A DNA stretch of 62,363 bases, filler included, from Vannella sp. (Eukaryota): NCBI GenBank assembly GCA_023345925.1. It is 5 parts of 5 records of this genome, joined end to end, with 100 filler letters (N's around TTAATTAATTAA, not from the genome) between each part and the next. Parts side by side here need not be neighbours in the genome. Positions count along the whole stretch, not along the records: positions 21,899 to 27,288 come from JAJQQN010000038.1; positions 27,389 to 57,597 come from JAJQQN010001249.1; 3 more parts are not named here. The stretch is one strand, 5' to 3'. The number at the start of each line of letters is the position of its first letter. The first letter of the stretch is position 1. Made by a program: the position numbers and the translations under genes. The notes under the pieces were generated by a model. It was not told the origin of the DNA. It did no database searches and saw only the letters and a program-made list of their open reading frames with translations. Shown here in pieces: positions 22,853-34,800 of the stretch.

Positions 22853-23872
22853 GTCTGAGAAAAGAGTGACAAACAACAACCGCCATCGGAAGCAACCCCC
22901 GAAGACGTCCATTTATGGGTTTGCCATTACTTGTTTTTGACTTGGCCCAATCAAAATGAGGCTGCTCTGTTCTCGCTGCAAAACGGTTTTTGTCCACTTT
23001 TTTACTCGTCAATCGATCTGTTTTACTTGATTATACAAGTGTGAAAGTATGAGATGGATAAGACCAGCTTCTTTGTGTTTTTTTCGTCGCAGCAAAGGTC
23101 TGCCCGGCCCCTCTCGCCTGTCTTGGATGCAACAGACTGCTTCCCTCCACTCTGAGAAGCAAGGCCTTCTAAGAAGAGAAGCTGTTGATGACACACTGTG
23201 CAAGGGCACCCGTTAAAAGTTTGTTTGCACGGATGAGAACTGTTTCGCTGCATTTGCAGGCGTTCATAGACCACAATACGGAGAGCTTTGCCCTTTTTCG
23301 CAGTGGTAGCTTGATGGAACATGCGCTGGAGAGTGCGAGACGCGTTCCTTCGTCCCAGCCTTTACAGATGGCGAAGCTGCCGGCTTCTACCTACGAAAAG
23401 GAGAAGAACTGACTATGTTATACTAACTGACGCACTTCTATTCCAACAGAACGTGGAGAGGGTGGAAGAGGACAGAGAAGTCGGTGCAGACTAACTCAGA
23501 GGTAAGGTTGCACAGTTGTCCTTGATTATCGCACTCTCTAGCCCATTGTTTCAGATCGAGAAGAGAAGCATCCCAGACCACTTGAAAAGAAGATTGGGGC
23601 TTCAGCCATGATGACATCATGCTGGCCCGTCAGTTGGGTTCGTCCATCGTACTTTTAGTCCACTCAGGATGTCCTATGCCATTTGGCTGGCCCTCAGGAG
23701 TGCTGACAGGTTGGAAGTGATGGGGACCACCGGAGTTTGGGGAGTGAGACCTTCAAACCTTGAGTAAAGACTCCTTTACGTTGCAGAAGAAGGTCTCCTC
23801 CCAATAAAGCGTGCAATAAAGGTAACCGGATATGTATCCAAGAACACTGCTGCCTGTCGTATGCACGACCAT

Positions 23873-25590
23873 TTATTGGGGAGGAGAGAGAAGATGGTCC
23901 ACTTTCTGTAGTTTGGGGTGTGGCAGGTCATGACGGGCCTCGTGGCGTTTGGAGTCTCCAGTGTATTTCATTGCAAAGTTTGCATGAGCAGGGTTAGTAG
24001 CAGAGTTGTACTCGACCATCTGGAAGGAATTAGAATAGCTAACGAAGTCACTTGCGCCTACATCGATATTGTGTACGATTGGGTCAAAGGCCAAACACTT
24101 TTCCATCGTTATCAGGCGACGACGGAAATGGCCGCTTAGTTTCTGCTCGCTGTTGGCTAAAAGGACCAGACAGGGGTGCAAGGGTACATCAGAGTCCTTG
24201 TAGCTATCAAAAATACATCAGATTACTGCCTCGAGCGTGTCGCGGAACGCACTTTGTGTCTGTTGGTAGCCAATAGACCAATCGCCCACCCACAAGAAGA
24301 GTGCGTGCAGCAAATAGTACCAAGTCAATCAAGACATCAGCCATAGCGTAGGGAACACATTGTGGAATATGTGCATTCAATCTACAAGTAGTTGCTAGTG
24401 AGAAGGAGCCGAAAGAGCGACCAAAGAACCAACAATTTGTCCGGAATCGGTTTGGCAGCCCGGTTTTTGTTCTTCTTTCCCACTTTCTTGGCGCCAGCTC
24501 GTACGCCATACGGTGCTAAATGGCGTGTGAGATAACAGGTGTGGTAAGGTGAGATGCCGTACGATCCCCAACGATTGCATCGAAAAGCTCCCCAGAGCGC
24601 CAAACATCCAACTTGGAGTTGTCGTTGATGATCAGGCCCGCGCATTTCTCCGTTAACCCGTACTGTTGGAAGTTGCTGAGGACGTCCTTCCCGTTCTTGC
24701 CTCGAAGAACGCGAGGGTCCAGGTCCCCTCCAATCGTTACAGCCCCAAAGAAGCTGCAAGTGACAATCAAGCTCCCTGTTCCAGTGAATGGGTCGATGAT
24801 AAGCTTCCCTGGTAAGGTCTGAGTACCCCCATCAGTTCAGTCCCAGCGAAAATGGCGGAGATCTTCACCTTCGCCATGTTGGAGATGATCAAAGAGAGCG
24901 CTGCGTCCATGGAAGTGGTGCCAATGTAGTCTCTCTTCTTCACATCAAAGCGATCTATCAGAGATCGTGACCCCAAAGCCACCTGGCGCGTGAAGAGGAC
25001 ACGTTTGGGCACGGTCTCTCGAGGAGCGTTCTCCCCAATGTCCTCAATGATCCAGAAGACGTGCTGGGGGCTAGCAAGGCAGACCTTTCCTACTTGGAGA
25101 AGATCCATGAAGCTGAAGCGAAGCATAATCTCCTTCTGCTGAGTATCGGAGTACTTCCTCCCAAACGGGTCCACTTTGAGGCGGAAAGTCCACGGGCTCG
25201 TGAACCGCGCCTCGATCTCCTCTTTGTGGGACACAAGGTACTGCTTAACATTGACTTCTACCGATTCGTAGTCCTCAGCATCACCCCAGATCTCGTAGAT
25301 ACCTCTAAACAACGAGGATCAGCATCAAGAAGCCCATTCGCGGTCTCCTTACTTGATGAGAATGGCTCGGCCAGCAATAATGGAAGCAGCTTCATCAGAA
25401 GGAAGTTGAACTACCATGAAAGGGCTTCCCTACACCCGCATAAGCAAGAAACGAAGGGAACCAGACTCCAACGCACCTCCTCAAGCACTCCCAGCTCGTA
25501 CTCGAACCCAAACGTCGCACAAAGCGACTCAAACTCAGGCACCCGAAAGGGAAGATGCAAACTGATGAACCACACCAAGTAAGGTCGCAT
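23873..25590 (-). CDS. TRMT11: tRNA (guanine10-N2)-methyltransferase, multi-exon
   Basis: FRVPEFESL, KKRDYIGTTSMDA, DPFTGTGSL, NFQQYG, FDAIVGD|PYGVRAG, LLVGGRLVYWLP, NSEQKL...RRLITMEK. Confidence 0.92.
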
Positions 25591-25792
25591 GTCCCCGCTC
25601 CTGAAGACCAAATAATGGCGACCATCCCCCAGACCCCAAACCCGTTCAAATGGACTCCCTTCCGGCTCATTTAAAAGCTATTCCCGTGTAGGGATTATGA
25701 TTATTATTTCATCGTGATATGACGGAATTGGCGGGGAAGGGAGCATCTTGCGGCGGCGGTTGCTCGCGTATGGTGATTGGCAGAAGCTGAGG

Positions 25793-26755
25793 ATGCCTCC
25801 CAAGGGCACAACGAAGACAAAACAAGCGAAGATCAACCAGTTCTTTGCTCCAATGGCTCCTTCTGATCAGGGACAGACGCTCTTGACCAAGTTCTTCAAG
25901 TCCGCCAACCCGGAAGAGAACAAGTTTCAGTACCTCTTTGAGCGGGAGGAGGCTCGTCGTGCCAAGTTGGAGCAAGAGGAGAAGGAACGCCTTCAGAAAA
26001 TCAAGGACGCCGAAGCCGCCCTTAAACGAGAGAAGAAGAAGCAACGACAAGAAGAAGAGAGTCGACAGTTCGAGGTGGACCAGGAGCAACGCTGGGAGGA
26101 CGAACGTCTGAAGCACCAAGGAAAGCCCATCATCCCTGGATTGTACCTGGGGAGTAGGCATGCCGCAAAGAACTGGGAGTGGATCGATGGTACGGTAACA
26201 GCAGTCCTCAACGTATCCAGTGAAGTGAAGAACTACTTTGAAGGCAGCATGGTCAAGTCTCCCCTTTCTCATCCAGACACAGAGGCGATGGAGGATGATC
26301 CCCCAAACCCATCTGAACAACATGCGCTGACTTACAAGAGGGTTATCTGTGAAGATACGGCAGAGGAGAACCTTGCACAGTACTGGCAAGATACATCAGA
26401 CTTTCTTGCGGGTGTAATTGCCTCAGGTGGTGCTTGTTTAGTTCACTGTCGCGAAGGACTCTCTCGGTCCCCTTCTACAGTGATCGCTTTCCTAATGTAC
26501 AAGTCTCGGTGGACACTTGATAAGGCATACAACCATGTCCTTGATTGCAACCGCAAGCTGAGGATCAACGATGGATTCAAACGACAGTTGATGCAGTACG
26601 AATCAGCGCTCTTTCAGGCGAGCACGTTCGACTTCTTCGACAAACGAGGGAGAACCACGCGAAGTGCGTCCGCTCCGTCAAAGAATCCTACTCCCACCTT
26701 GATCGAGGAGGTTGCAATGGAGCAGACCATCGAGGAAGACAAGATGGAGGACTGA
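25793..26755 (+). CDS. Dual-specificity protein phosphatase with two N-terminal PIP-box-like motifs and a coiled coil
   Basis: IIPGLYLGS, VTAVLNVS, VHCREGLSRS (CX5R), INDGFKRQL; QAKINQFF and QTLLTKFF. Confidence 0.9.
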   Translation: MPPKGTTKTKQAKINQFFAPMAPSDQGQTLLTKFFKSANPEENKFQYLFEREEARRAKLEQEEKERLQKIKDAEAALKREKKKQRQEEESRQFEVDQEQRWEDERLKHQGKPIIPGLYLGSRHAAKNWEWIDGTVTAVLNVSSEVKNYFEGSMVKSPLSHPDTEAMEDDPPNPSEQHALTYKRVICEDTAEENLAQYWQDTSDFLAGVIASGGACLVHCREGLSRSPSTVIAFLMYKSRWTLDKAYNHVLDCNRKLRINDGFKRQLMQYESALFQASTFDFFDKRGRTTRSASAPSKNPTPTLIEEVAMEQTIEEDKMED

Positions 26756-26860
26756 ATAATCCTGATAAATACGTTAGATCAATGAACTGCAAAGCAGCTG
26801 TTGTAAATCATGAGTAACAATGAGTTACGCAAGCGCGGTTGTCATATTTATACTCTTGCA

Positions 26861-27237
26861 TTAGACTCGGCTGGGGTAAAGCATGACGCGAAGGCGGTCT
26901 CCCATGCTTCTGGGGGGCAAGTTGCTGGAGAACTTGGCACGAACAGCTCCACTGTTGCCGTGAACAGCGACGACACGGCCCCAAATGCACCTGGACTTGC
27001 CCTTTGTGGCGTTGGAAGCTCTGTAAACGTAGGCAATACGCTTTCCAAGGTAGAAAGGAGCGTCCTTGGAATCGTTCACACCCTCAATCTTGACGATGGC
27101 GGTGTGGGTCTGCTGTGCGCGCTTGGATCGGCGGAAGCCCATGAAGACACCCTTGGAGTACAGACTATAGCTCTGATTAGAAACACTCCCTTCTGTGGTT
27201 TCAATAAGGCTCACCGAACGTTCTTGTCCACGGCCAT
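26861..27237 (-). CDS. RPL35A: 60S ribosomal protein eL33 (L35a), two exons
   Basis: MAVDKNVR|LYSKGVFMGFRRS...YLGKRIAYVY...HGNSGAVRAKF...RVMLYPSRV. Confidence 0.96.
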
Positions 27238-27288
27238 GGCAGCAAGCGAAAAGGAAAAAGGGTTGAGCTCTCAAGTTTTGGTTGGTCT

Positions 27289-27388
27289 NNNNNNNNNNNN
27301 NNNNNNNNNNNNNNNNNNNNNNNNNNNNNNNNTTAATTAATTAANNNNNNNNNNNNNNNNNNNNNNNNNNNNNNNNNNNNNNNNNNNN
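27289..27388. other. Artificial contig linker
   Basis: N44-TTAATTAATTAA-N44. Confidence 0.97.
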
Positions 27389-27570
27389 CGATTTTGACCA
27401 TGTTGAGAAACGCCCAAAAAAACGCCTTTTCCTGACAAAGCCACAGAAGATCAGTTCTTCTCATTATCAATATGCTCTTCAAACGATTCATACGGAGAAG
27501 TGTCGAATAGCACTGCTTTCGGTTCACTTCTCCGCCTCAAAGCCAGCAAAGAAGGTAAAAGGGAGCTTCA

Positions 27571-29089
27571 TTAAAGGGCTTGGAACCTTTGCATGAGTTC
27601 TTCATCGTCATTATCACCGCTGGCTGGATAGGAGGAACCTGCAACAAACGGTGATGAGGTTCCTCCTACAAAGCGAGCTTCCCATTCCTCAAGACTTTCC
27701 GCGTCTGGTACCTCTTGGTTGTGGACAATGGAAGGATTGGCTGTTGCAGAGGAAAGACGGTTGAACATAACGTCGTATTCGTCCGTTGCGTCTTCCTCTT
27801 TGCCTGATGCCAACTCAGAGCCAAAGAACAAGTCGTCATACTCCGAAGACTGTCCAGTAGAGACGTGTTCTTGAGAGTACAAGTTTGCATCAGCTAAGGG
27901 CTCCACTAAAGGAGGGCCTTTCGAAAGGTTGATGGAACTAGAGGAAGGAAGGAGGGGAACTGGATCCGTTAGGGAGGTGAATAACTGCTGAAACTCTGAT
28001 TCCAGGTCTTTGGTACTCATTTCTGCAAGTTCTTTACTCATTTGCGGCTTCTCGGTCCTTGAAGGAGAGGGGTTCTCCTCCTTCTTGAGTTGAATGCCAG
28101 AGATAGGAGTGATCTTTGGCTCTGAGAGTACACTGCTTGGTGCAACTCTAACAACTCGCTGGATAGAAGGTCCTGAGAGGCTCTGGACTTGCTGTACTTG
28201 AGGTTCCTGAGGAACGGAGCGGACCGTTGCAGTAGTAACCGATCCCACGGAGGGTACAGACGTAAACATGCTCTCAAACTGGTCCAGATCAACAAAAACA
28301 CCTCCAGGGTTGTTAAGTGACTGAGTGTCCGTGAGATTCTGGCTAGCACTGCTCCCCAGCGAGCCGAACATGTTGCGGTAGATTGCACTCTCTTCCTCAT
28401 CAACGGGCGCCTCTGGCTGAGATTCTGCGGGTTTGTGGAGATCATGCCATGGTAGGTTAAACTCTTTCGCCACGCTACAGAGGTAGTCGAAGACGATCTC
28501 TTCAGGAGGGGAGTTGACACTCAGCAGCTGCTCCACCAAGGTGCTAACGCACCTATCAATATTGCACAAAGCTTCGTGATCAACATTAGGTCCAAAGCGT
28601 AGAGCAAACTGCGTCCTCATCAGGCCAAACTCTTTGATGTCCGACCGCTGAGACACCCAAATGAGTGTACAAACGGTCTCCTTCAGTTCCATCGGTAAAC
28701 GTCTTCATAGAGTATTAGTCTACATCTGGTTGACTGAAGAATCCTACTTTGAAGACGAGATAATGCCCAAACGAGCTGAAACTTCCTCGCACATCGCTTG
28801 CAGCTCTTCAAAGGCTTTGACGTTGTTCTCCTCTTTGAGAGCTTGCTCAGCAATGATTCGAGCCTTCTCGTCATCTCCGTTCTTTAAGAGGGATAAGATC
28901 TCACGACGGCTCTTCTCGACCAGGCCCGTGGACTTGCTCTTTCTCAAAGTCAACCGAATGATGCCCGCCTTGACGTGTGCCTTTCTACTCAACTCAGTTC
29001 CACTAACCACTCTCTTGTCCACAAACCTACAACTCTCGCTCGCGATAGACCTTCACTGGCTCAGAAGCTCCCAACCCAAACCAAGACAT
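27571..29089 (-). CDS. IST1: IST1-like ESCRT-III-associated regulator of Vps4, multi-exon
   Basis: RREILSLLKNGDDEKARIIAEQ, ELKETVCTLIW...DIKEF...QFALRFG; C-terminal MIM1-like DEELMQRFQAL. Confidence 0.8.
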
Positions 29090-29226
29090 GCCCCAAAGAC
29101 CTCCTTTGTCTCCAAGCCAGAATGACTCATTTCCCCTTCGCCCTTCAAAACCTCGCCAAGTTCGAGTTCATTAAATTGAGGGATTCAATAATTCGGGTTG
29201 TTACCTTATTCTCATTTCCCCTTCTG

Positions 29227-31784
29227 ATGGGGGGCGGCTTGCCTGTGGCTAGTTTGATGGTGACCGGTAGGAGGACTTGATGGGATAAGAGAGAGTGCCT
29301 AAAGGAGTTGCTACGTAGTGGTGGAAGCTCGGGACCTGGTCTCTCGGTCGTTCAGTGGAAAATGCAATCCTTTCGTCATGGTTTGCTTTGAGCGTCAAGA
29401 GCGCACAACAGATACGATAATGGATACAGTAGAGCCTATATGGACTAGTTGCTTCACATTGTACGCGTGTCTCCTGCTGTGCAAAGACTTGCTAACCAAA
29501 GGGTGGAAAAGTGAGGTTTATGAGAAGGTGTCGGACTTTCAGATCTTACTGACCGTGTACCAAAGACCCCCTCTCTTCCGGAATAGTAAGCAAGCAGCTC
29601 CTCGACTCGCAGTTCGACTGACCAAGACACAGTGAAGATAGGAAGAGCTTCCTTCTCGCTTTGCCAGTTCCAAGAGCAGTTGGAATGGGATGAGTGGCTT
29701 CCGATTTCGCACAATAACTTCTTGACGGGGGAGCTGCGTGTTTGCTTCAAATTGGAGAGGGAACCCCAAATACGTGAAGAGTTCGATCTGCTCCTCAACA
29801 GCTTCAGTTTAGACAACAATTGGGTGTTCATTGATCCCAAACTGGACTGTTTTGACATCAAGGACTCGATCGTACCGATTTCGGAACCGAAAGAGGAGAG
29901 GAAACGGGAGGGAGAGGTCCCAAAGCTCCGTGAAGAGCCTACCAGAGGCGAATTCTACGAGATAACAGAAGAATTGGACGAAGACTTGCGTCTCTTCCTT
30001 CTTCGAGAGAAAGAAGAAGGCGAGCAGCAGTTTCAGGAGCTTATGGCACAGCAGTATCGCTGTCAACTGTGTCAAGTCATCTCTAATCCCGATTCTTTCT
30101 TTGACCTAGACTGCGGACACAACTTTTGCCAGCAATGCGTTCAGCTTCACACATTGCAGACTTTAGAGAATCCTAATTCTCTTGAGGTGCCTTGCCCCTC
30201 CCTCGATGGTTGCTCATCCACTCTGCCTCAGTATGTATTGAGGGTGAGATTATCCGTACTGCCATCAACTACCGTCTCACCCAGTGCGCAGGAGGTACTG
30301 AAGGAGAAAGTCCTTGATGAATTCTTGCTTCGATATACTCTCAAGACTATCGACAACTCGGAAGACTTCATTCGATGCCCTAATTCTTCCTGCAACAGCG
30401 TGATTGAAAGATTAGAAGGTGAAATGGATGCCTCTTATGTGGTAAGACTCTTCATATGTTACTTTCCTGCATGACGTAGTAATTCCCTGTTCTACAGAAC
30501 GACAAGGGAGTGAAGCTGAGCCACGCAGCGATGATCCACCTCAACCAATTTCGTTTTCGGTGCCGCGAATGTGGAATCGAGTTCTGCTCGGGATGTTTCC
30601 GAGTTCCATATCATGAGGGATTTACTTGCAATGAGTATACAGAGTATCTCAGCAGTCGACGGTGTCGATATTGTGAGGAATCTTTGAAGGACACTAGCGC
30701 TCTTGGAGAGCTTCTAGATTGCCAGAATGAGGAATGCAAAGAGAAGGCTATTCTAGCCTGCAATCAAATACTTGAGTGCGGTCATCAATGTTGCGGAATC
30801 CGCGATGAGGAACAATGCCTGCCGTGTCTAAAAGAAGAATGCATTCGCCCGCCTCAAGAAAACGAGTCTGACTTTTGCAATGTCTGCTTTATTGAAGGCC
30901 TCGGAAGTGCACCTTCCATTCAGCTTGGATGTTCTCACATTCTCCACTACACTTGTGCCATCACAAAAATTCAACAAAAGTGGCCTAGTAAGTTTCTCGC
31001 TCTTCAAGGTTCTCTTCTAATGAATCTTTACAGGCGCTCGCATTACGTTTGGTTTCCGAGGTTGCCCCAGTTGCAAAGTACCAATGGAACATCCTGCTTT
31101 AGCCAAAGTCCTGCAACCCTTCAAAGATTTAGAAAAGGATATTGGGGTAGGAGCCAACTTGAGAATAGCTTAAATTAACATTGAATAGTTGAACGCACTC
31201 AAGCGACTCTCATCAGAGGGTTTAGAGAATCACGAAGACATCAAGAAAGAGGGAGCCCGGTTTTACAATGATCCATTAGGCTTTGCGATGAACCGCTTTA
31301 GTTACTATCCCTGTTTCCAGTGCCAGGTAAAACTCTCCTTTTGTTCAAGTACTACCAAGTTCTCAACATTGACAGAAACCTTACTTTGGGGGTCAACAAC
31401 GCTGCGATGCTGGTGACGGAGATCGGGAGTTTAAGCCTGATGAACTTGTTTGTGGCGGTTGCAGTGGTGCTGATGATGGTGGATGCGAGATTCACGGGAA
31501 AGAGTTCATGTAAGGAGGGTCGAAAGGCAATTCTTAAACTAACCTTCCCTTCAAGCGAACACAAGTGTCAATACTGCTGTTCCGTAGCATCGTGGTACTG
31601 CTGGGGAAAAGTGCACTTCTGTGATGATTGCCACACGCGTCAACAAAAGGGCGATTACGTCTCTAAGTATGAAATCAGTCGGTTGCCCAAATGTCCAGGG
31701 AAAAACAAGTGCAAATTGGGGATAGAACATCCTCCCAATGGGGTTCCATTCACATTGGGTTGCAGTTTCTGCCGCAATCTGTAA
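29227..31784 (+). CDS. C2 domain - RING/IBR - MYCBP2-type RING-Cys-relay E3 ubiquitin ligase, multi-exon
   Basis: C2 (VVEARDL...CNPFV...TVEPIW); RING CQLC...CGHNFCQQC...CP; IBR-like FIRCPNSSC...CRECGIEFCSGC...YHEGFTC; then CNVCFIEGLGSAPSIQLGCSH, YFGGQQRC, KCQYCCSVASWYCWGKVHFCDDCH, HPPNG...LGCSFCR. Confidence 0.85.
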
Positions 31785-31813
31785 TTGGTATTCCTCGTGA
31801 ACAAAGCAACTGT

Positions 31814-34800
31814 TTATTCAATATTGCCCTGTCTCGCATAGTCATCAGTGTCAATCACTCGACAGAAACGGATTGCATAAAGTAACTTTTCTGAAAGGAT
31901 CTGTCGAGAACTGTAAGTTGGGAGGACCAACTTGAAGAAGCAAGTTTGTGCAGTTGGAAGATATTCATCTGCTGGAGAGTTACTCCCTGACTGAACCAAG
32001 AATTGCTGCCGGATGTCTGATGGGTCAGAGGGCAAACGAGTGTGCCCCCAGACAAAGCGAAGGAAATGCGAGCGGTCGTCTGGGCTCATCGCTTCCAACT
32101 CTTCCCAAAGCCAAATGATTTGTTTTGAATCAACAGTAAAGGCTCCCCGGTACGCCGTATTCGCTCTTAATGGCTCCCAATTGATCTCAGCAGATCCACA
32201 AACAAGTAATTCAAGCTCTGAAGCTGTAAAGAGAGAGAGTAACGATACTGGCAAGAGATTTTCCATTCCTTTGCGAATGGCAGCAAACTCAAGAGCACAC
32301 GAGTCCATTTGCAGTTCAAAAGCCTTCTCGACGTATTCCTTACGGTTCGCAAAGGTCAAAGGCAATTCTTGATTCGCTCCAGTTTGCAAAGGCAAGAAAG
32401 CTTCCAACGGGAGGAGTTCGAACGATTCCTCGTCGTTGATACCGTATTTGTCAATATTCAGGATGTAGTGGTGAGTTGATACAAAGGACTTATCCACGCT
32501 CATCAAATCTTCCTCCGTGATATTAATCTGCAAAAGGCGCTTCCAAAAGAGAGGTGCCAGAAACAGACGCAATGGACTTTTGGTTCGGATAGCTACGGCC
32601 ATGAGCACACCTAAAAACCGGTAAAAGTTGAGATTATTTGCTTCTGGTCGAGACTTGCGAAGCACATAAAGATCTTGGAAGTCTCCTTCCTTATTTTGGC
32701 CGTTTGGAGTCAAACCAAAAAGAGCTGCGGGGGATTGTGGATCGTTGCAAAGAAGTTCCTCGCACATTTCGGCAATGGATTCATTGTATGGCCCACCAGC
32801 ATCTTCTGCACCCTCTCCTGTGAATTGAGCTTTCCATGCTCGTTTGCTTGCTCGCAATATGGTAGTATCTGGCAACTGCTTTGCCGCTTGAATAAAGAGG
32901 GGAGTTTGTCGCTTATCCTTCGCAGCAAATCGATTGAGAACGATTGTTGGCCCAATCTCTCGTTCTTGTTCCGTCTGCGAGATCCAAGAGCGAAGAAGAG
33001 CAATTTTGCCACTGCTGTGGAGCAAAGAGCGGAGATTCTCCAGCCCATTTGCGAGACTTCGTTCAGGGTCAACGTTAAATAGGGGCAATGACTGATACAC
33101 TGCATCAGAGAAGCGGCGTAGTAGATGCAACCGAAGAAAGAGGCTGAAAGGAGGTACTTGATAGAGAGTGTTGTACTGAGCAGGCACCTGAGAAGGGCAA
33201 ACCAGAGAACAAGATGATCTCTTCATTGTCCAGAATAGCGTGTGATCAAGTCCAGCAGCAACTTGCTGAATTCCCTTGTTAGAGAGCTTGTCCACACGGC
33301 AGGGAGAGAGGAAGTAGTCAGCATTCTTGGGATCAATTCCAATACGACCGTGATCACAATTCCCCCAACCATACACTTCAGTCGCCCCCAGCTCCTCAAA
33401 AGGTAAAGGCTGGGCAACAGCAATAACATGGGATTGACCGCACGCAATATCGATTACCTTTAAAGCTGAGAGAGCCTCGATAATTGCCGGTTGGTGACGA
33501 TGCTTAGTTGAGCCATGTCCCAAAGTACCTTGAGAACCGTTTCCCCAAGAGTACAGTTTACCAGAGCTGGAAAGTGCGATAGAAGAATACTCGGTGAGCT
33601 CAATCTTCGTAATTCCGACACCCTGCAAGGTCATCAAAGACTGAGGGGTTGGGAATGAGGCCGTATTTCCCAAACCTAATAAGCCGTCCTTCCCTGAGCC
33701 CCAACTCCAAACGGATTCACCATCTTTTGAGCAGGCTACCGAGTGTGTTGTTCCACAGGCAATGTATCCAATCTGGCTGCCTTGAATATCTAAAAGTGAA
33801 GGATAAATAGCATCTTGACTGGATCCATGCCCATTACGGAGGTGAGCTCCCCAAGTATAGAGTCTTCCATCTTCAGTGATTGCAGCCGAGTGAGTGGGTC
33901 CGCAAGAGACGAATGTTATGACCTTATCCTTGAGTGACTCGATTAGTTTGGGGCGCTTCTGGTTGTCTGAATCACCATGGCCGAGCTTGCCATGGTCACC
34001 ATCTCCCCAAGACCACACTTTGCCCAGCGAGTCAACCGCCAACGCATGACCAAGCGTTCCTACTCGAGATGCCGTGATAAACTGGATCACAGTCCCTTGA
34101 AGGCTACGCAATGGTTTGAGAGTGTACTCATTGTCACTACAGCCCAGACCTAATCGCATGTTATCGCCTTTACCAATGGCCAAAAGAGAGCCATCTTGGG
34201 TGCGTATAAAAGTGCAATTGATACCTCCACATAGCTGAGCAGGGCGATGTTGAGTCATTGCATTAATACTAGCAGGAACCACTTCAAAGTCTTCTGACAA
34301 TGTCAATTGCGAGTAGGAGTTGCTGCCACACCCAAAGACTTCAACTGCTTCTTTCCAGTCGTTTGGCTGATTAGTCCTCCACAGGGTTAATTGCTCGTCC
34401 ATCTCCATAGTCCAGCAGGTGTTATCGTAGAAGGGGAATGCAATCGCCTCTCCCAACTCCAAGCTTGGAGCAATAGCAGCAGTGGCAGACAGAAAATCAT
34501 CTGGCAAAGTCTGGCGATCTGCCATGGCACGGACAATGTCAACGGTCAAGCCAAAGGCAGCCAGTTCTCCATTATTGGAACACGAAACAGGGATGAACAA
34601 ATAGTTCAGAATGGCCAAAGACTGTAAGTAAGCGCTGAAGAAGATACGCTCGTTAGAACGTTCTTTTTCAAGTCGATGTTGCTTGCTGGCAAGAGTGGGG
34701 AGGATCTGAATGAAGGCGGACATGTGAACTCCCCAATTGGCTTCACCCTGTTTCCAAGCGGCACTTTGAGAGCTGTTGGCTGCTCGAAGTGCAAAGCTGG

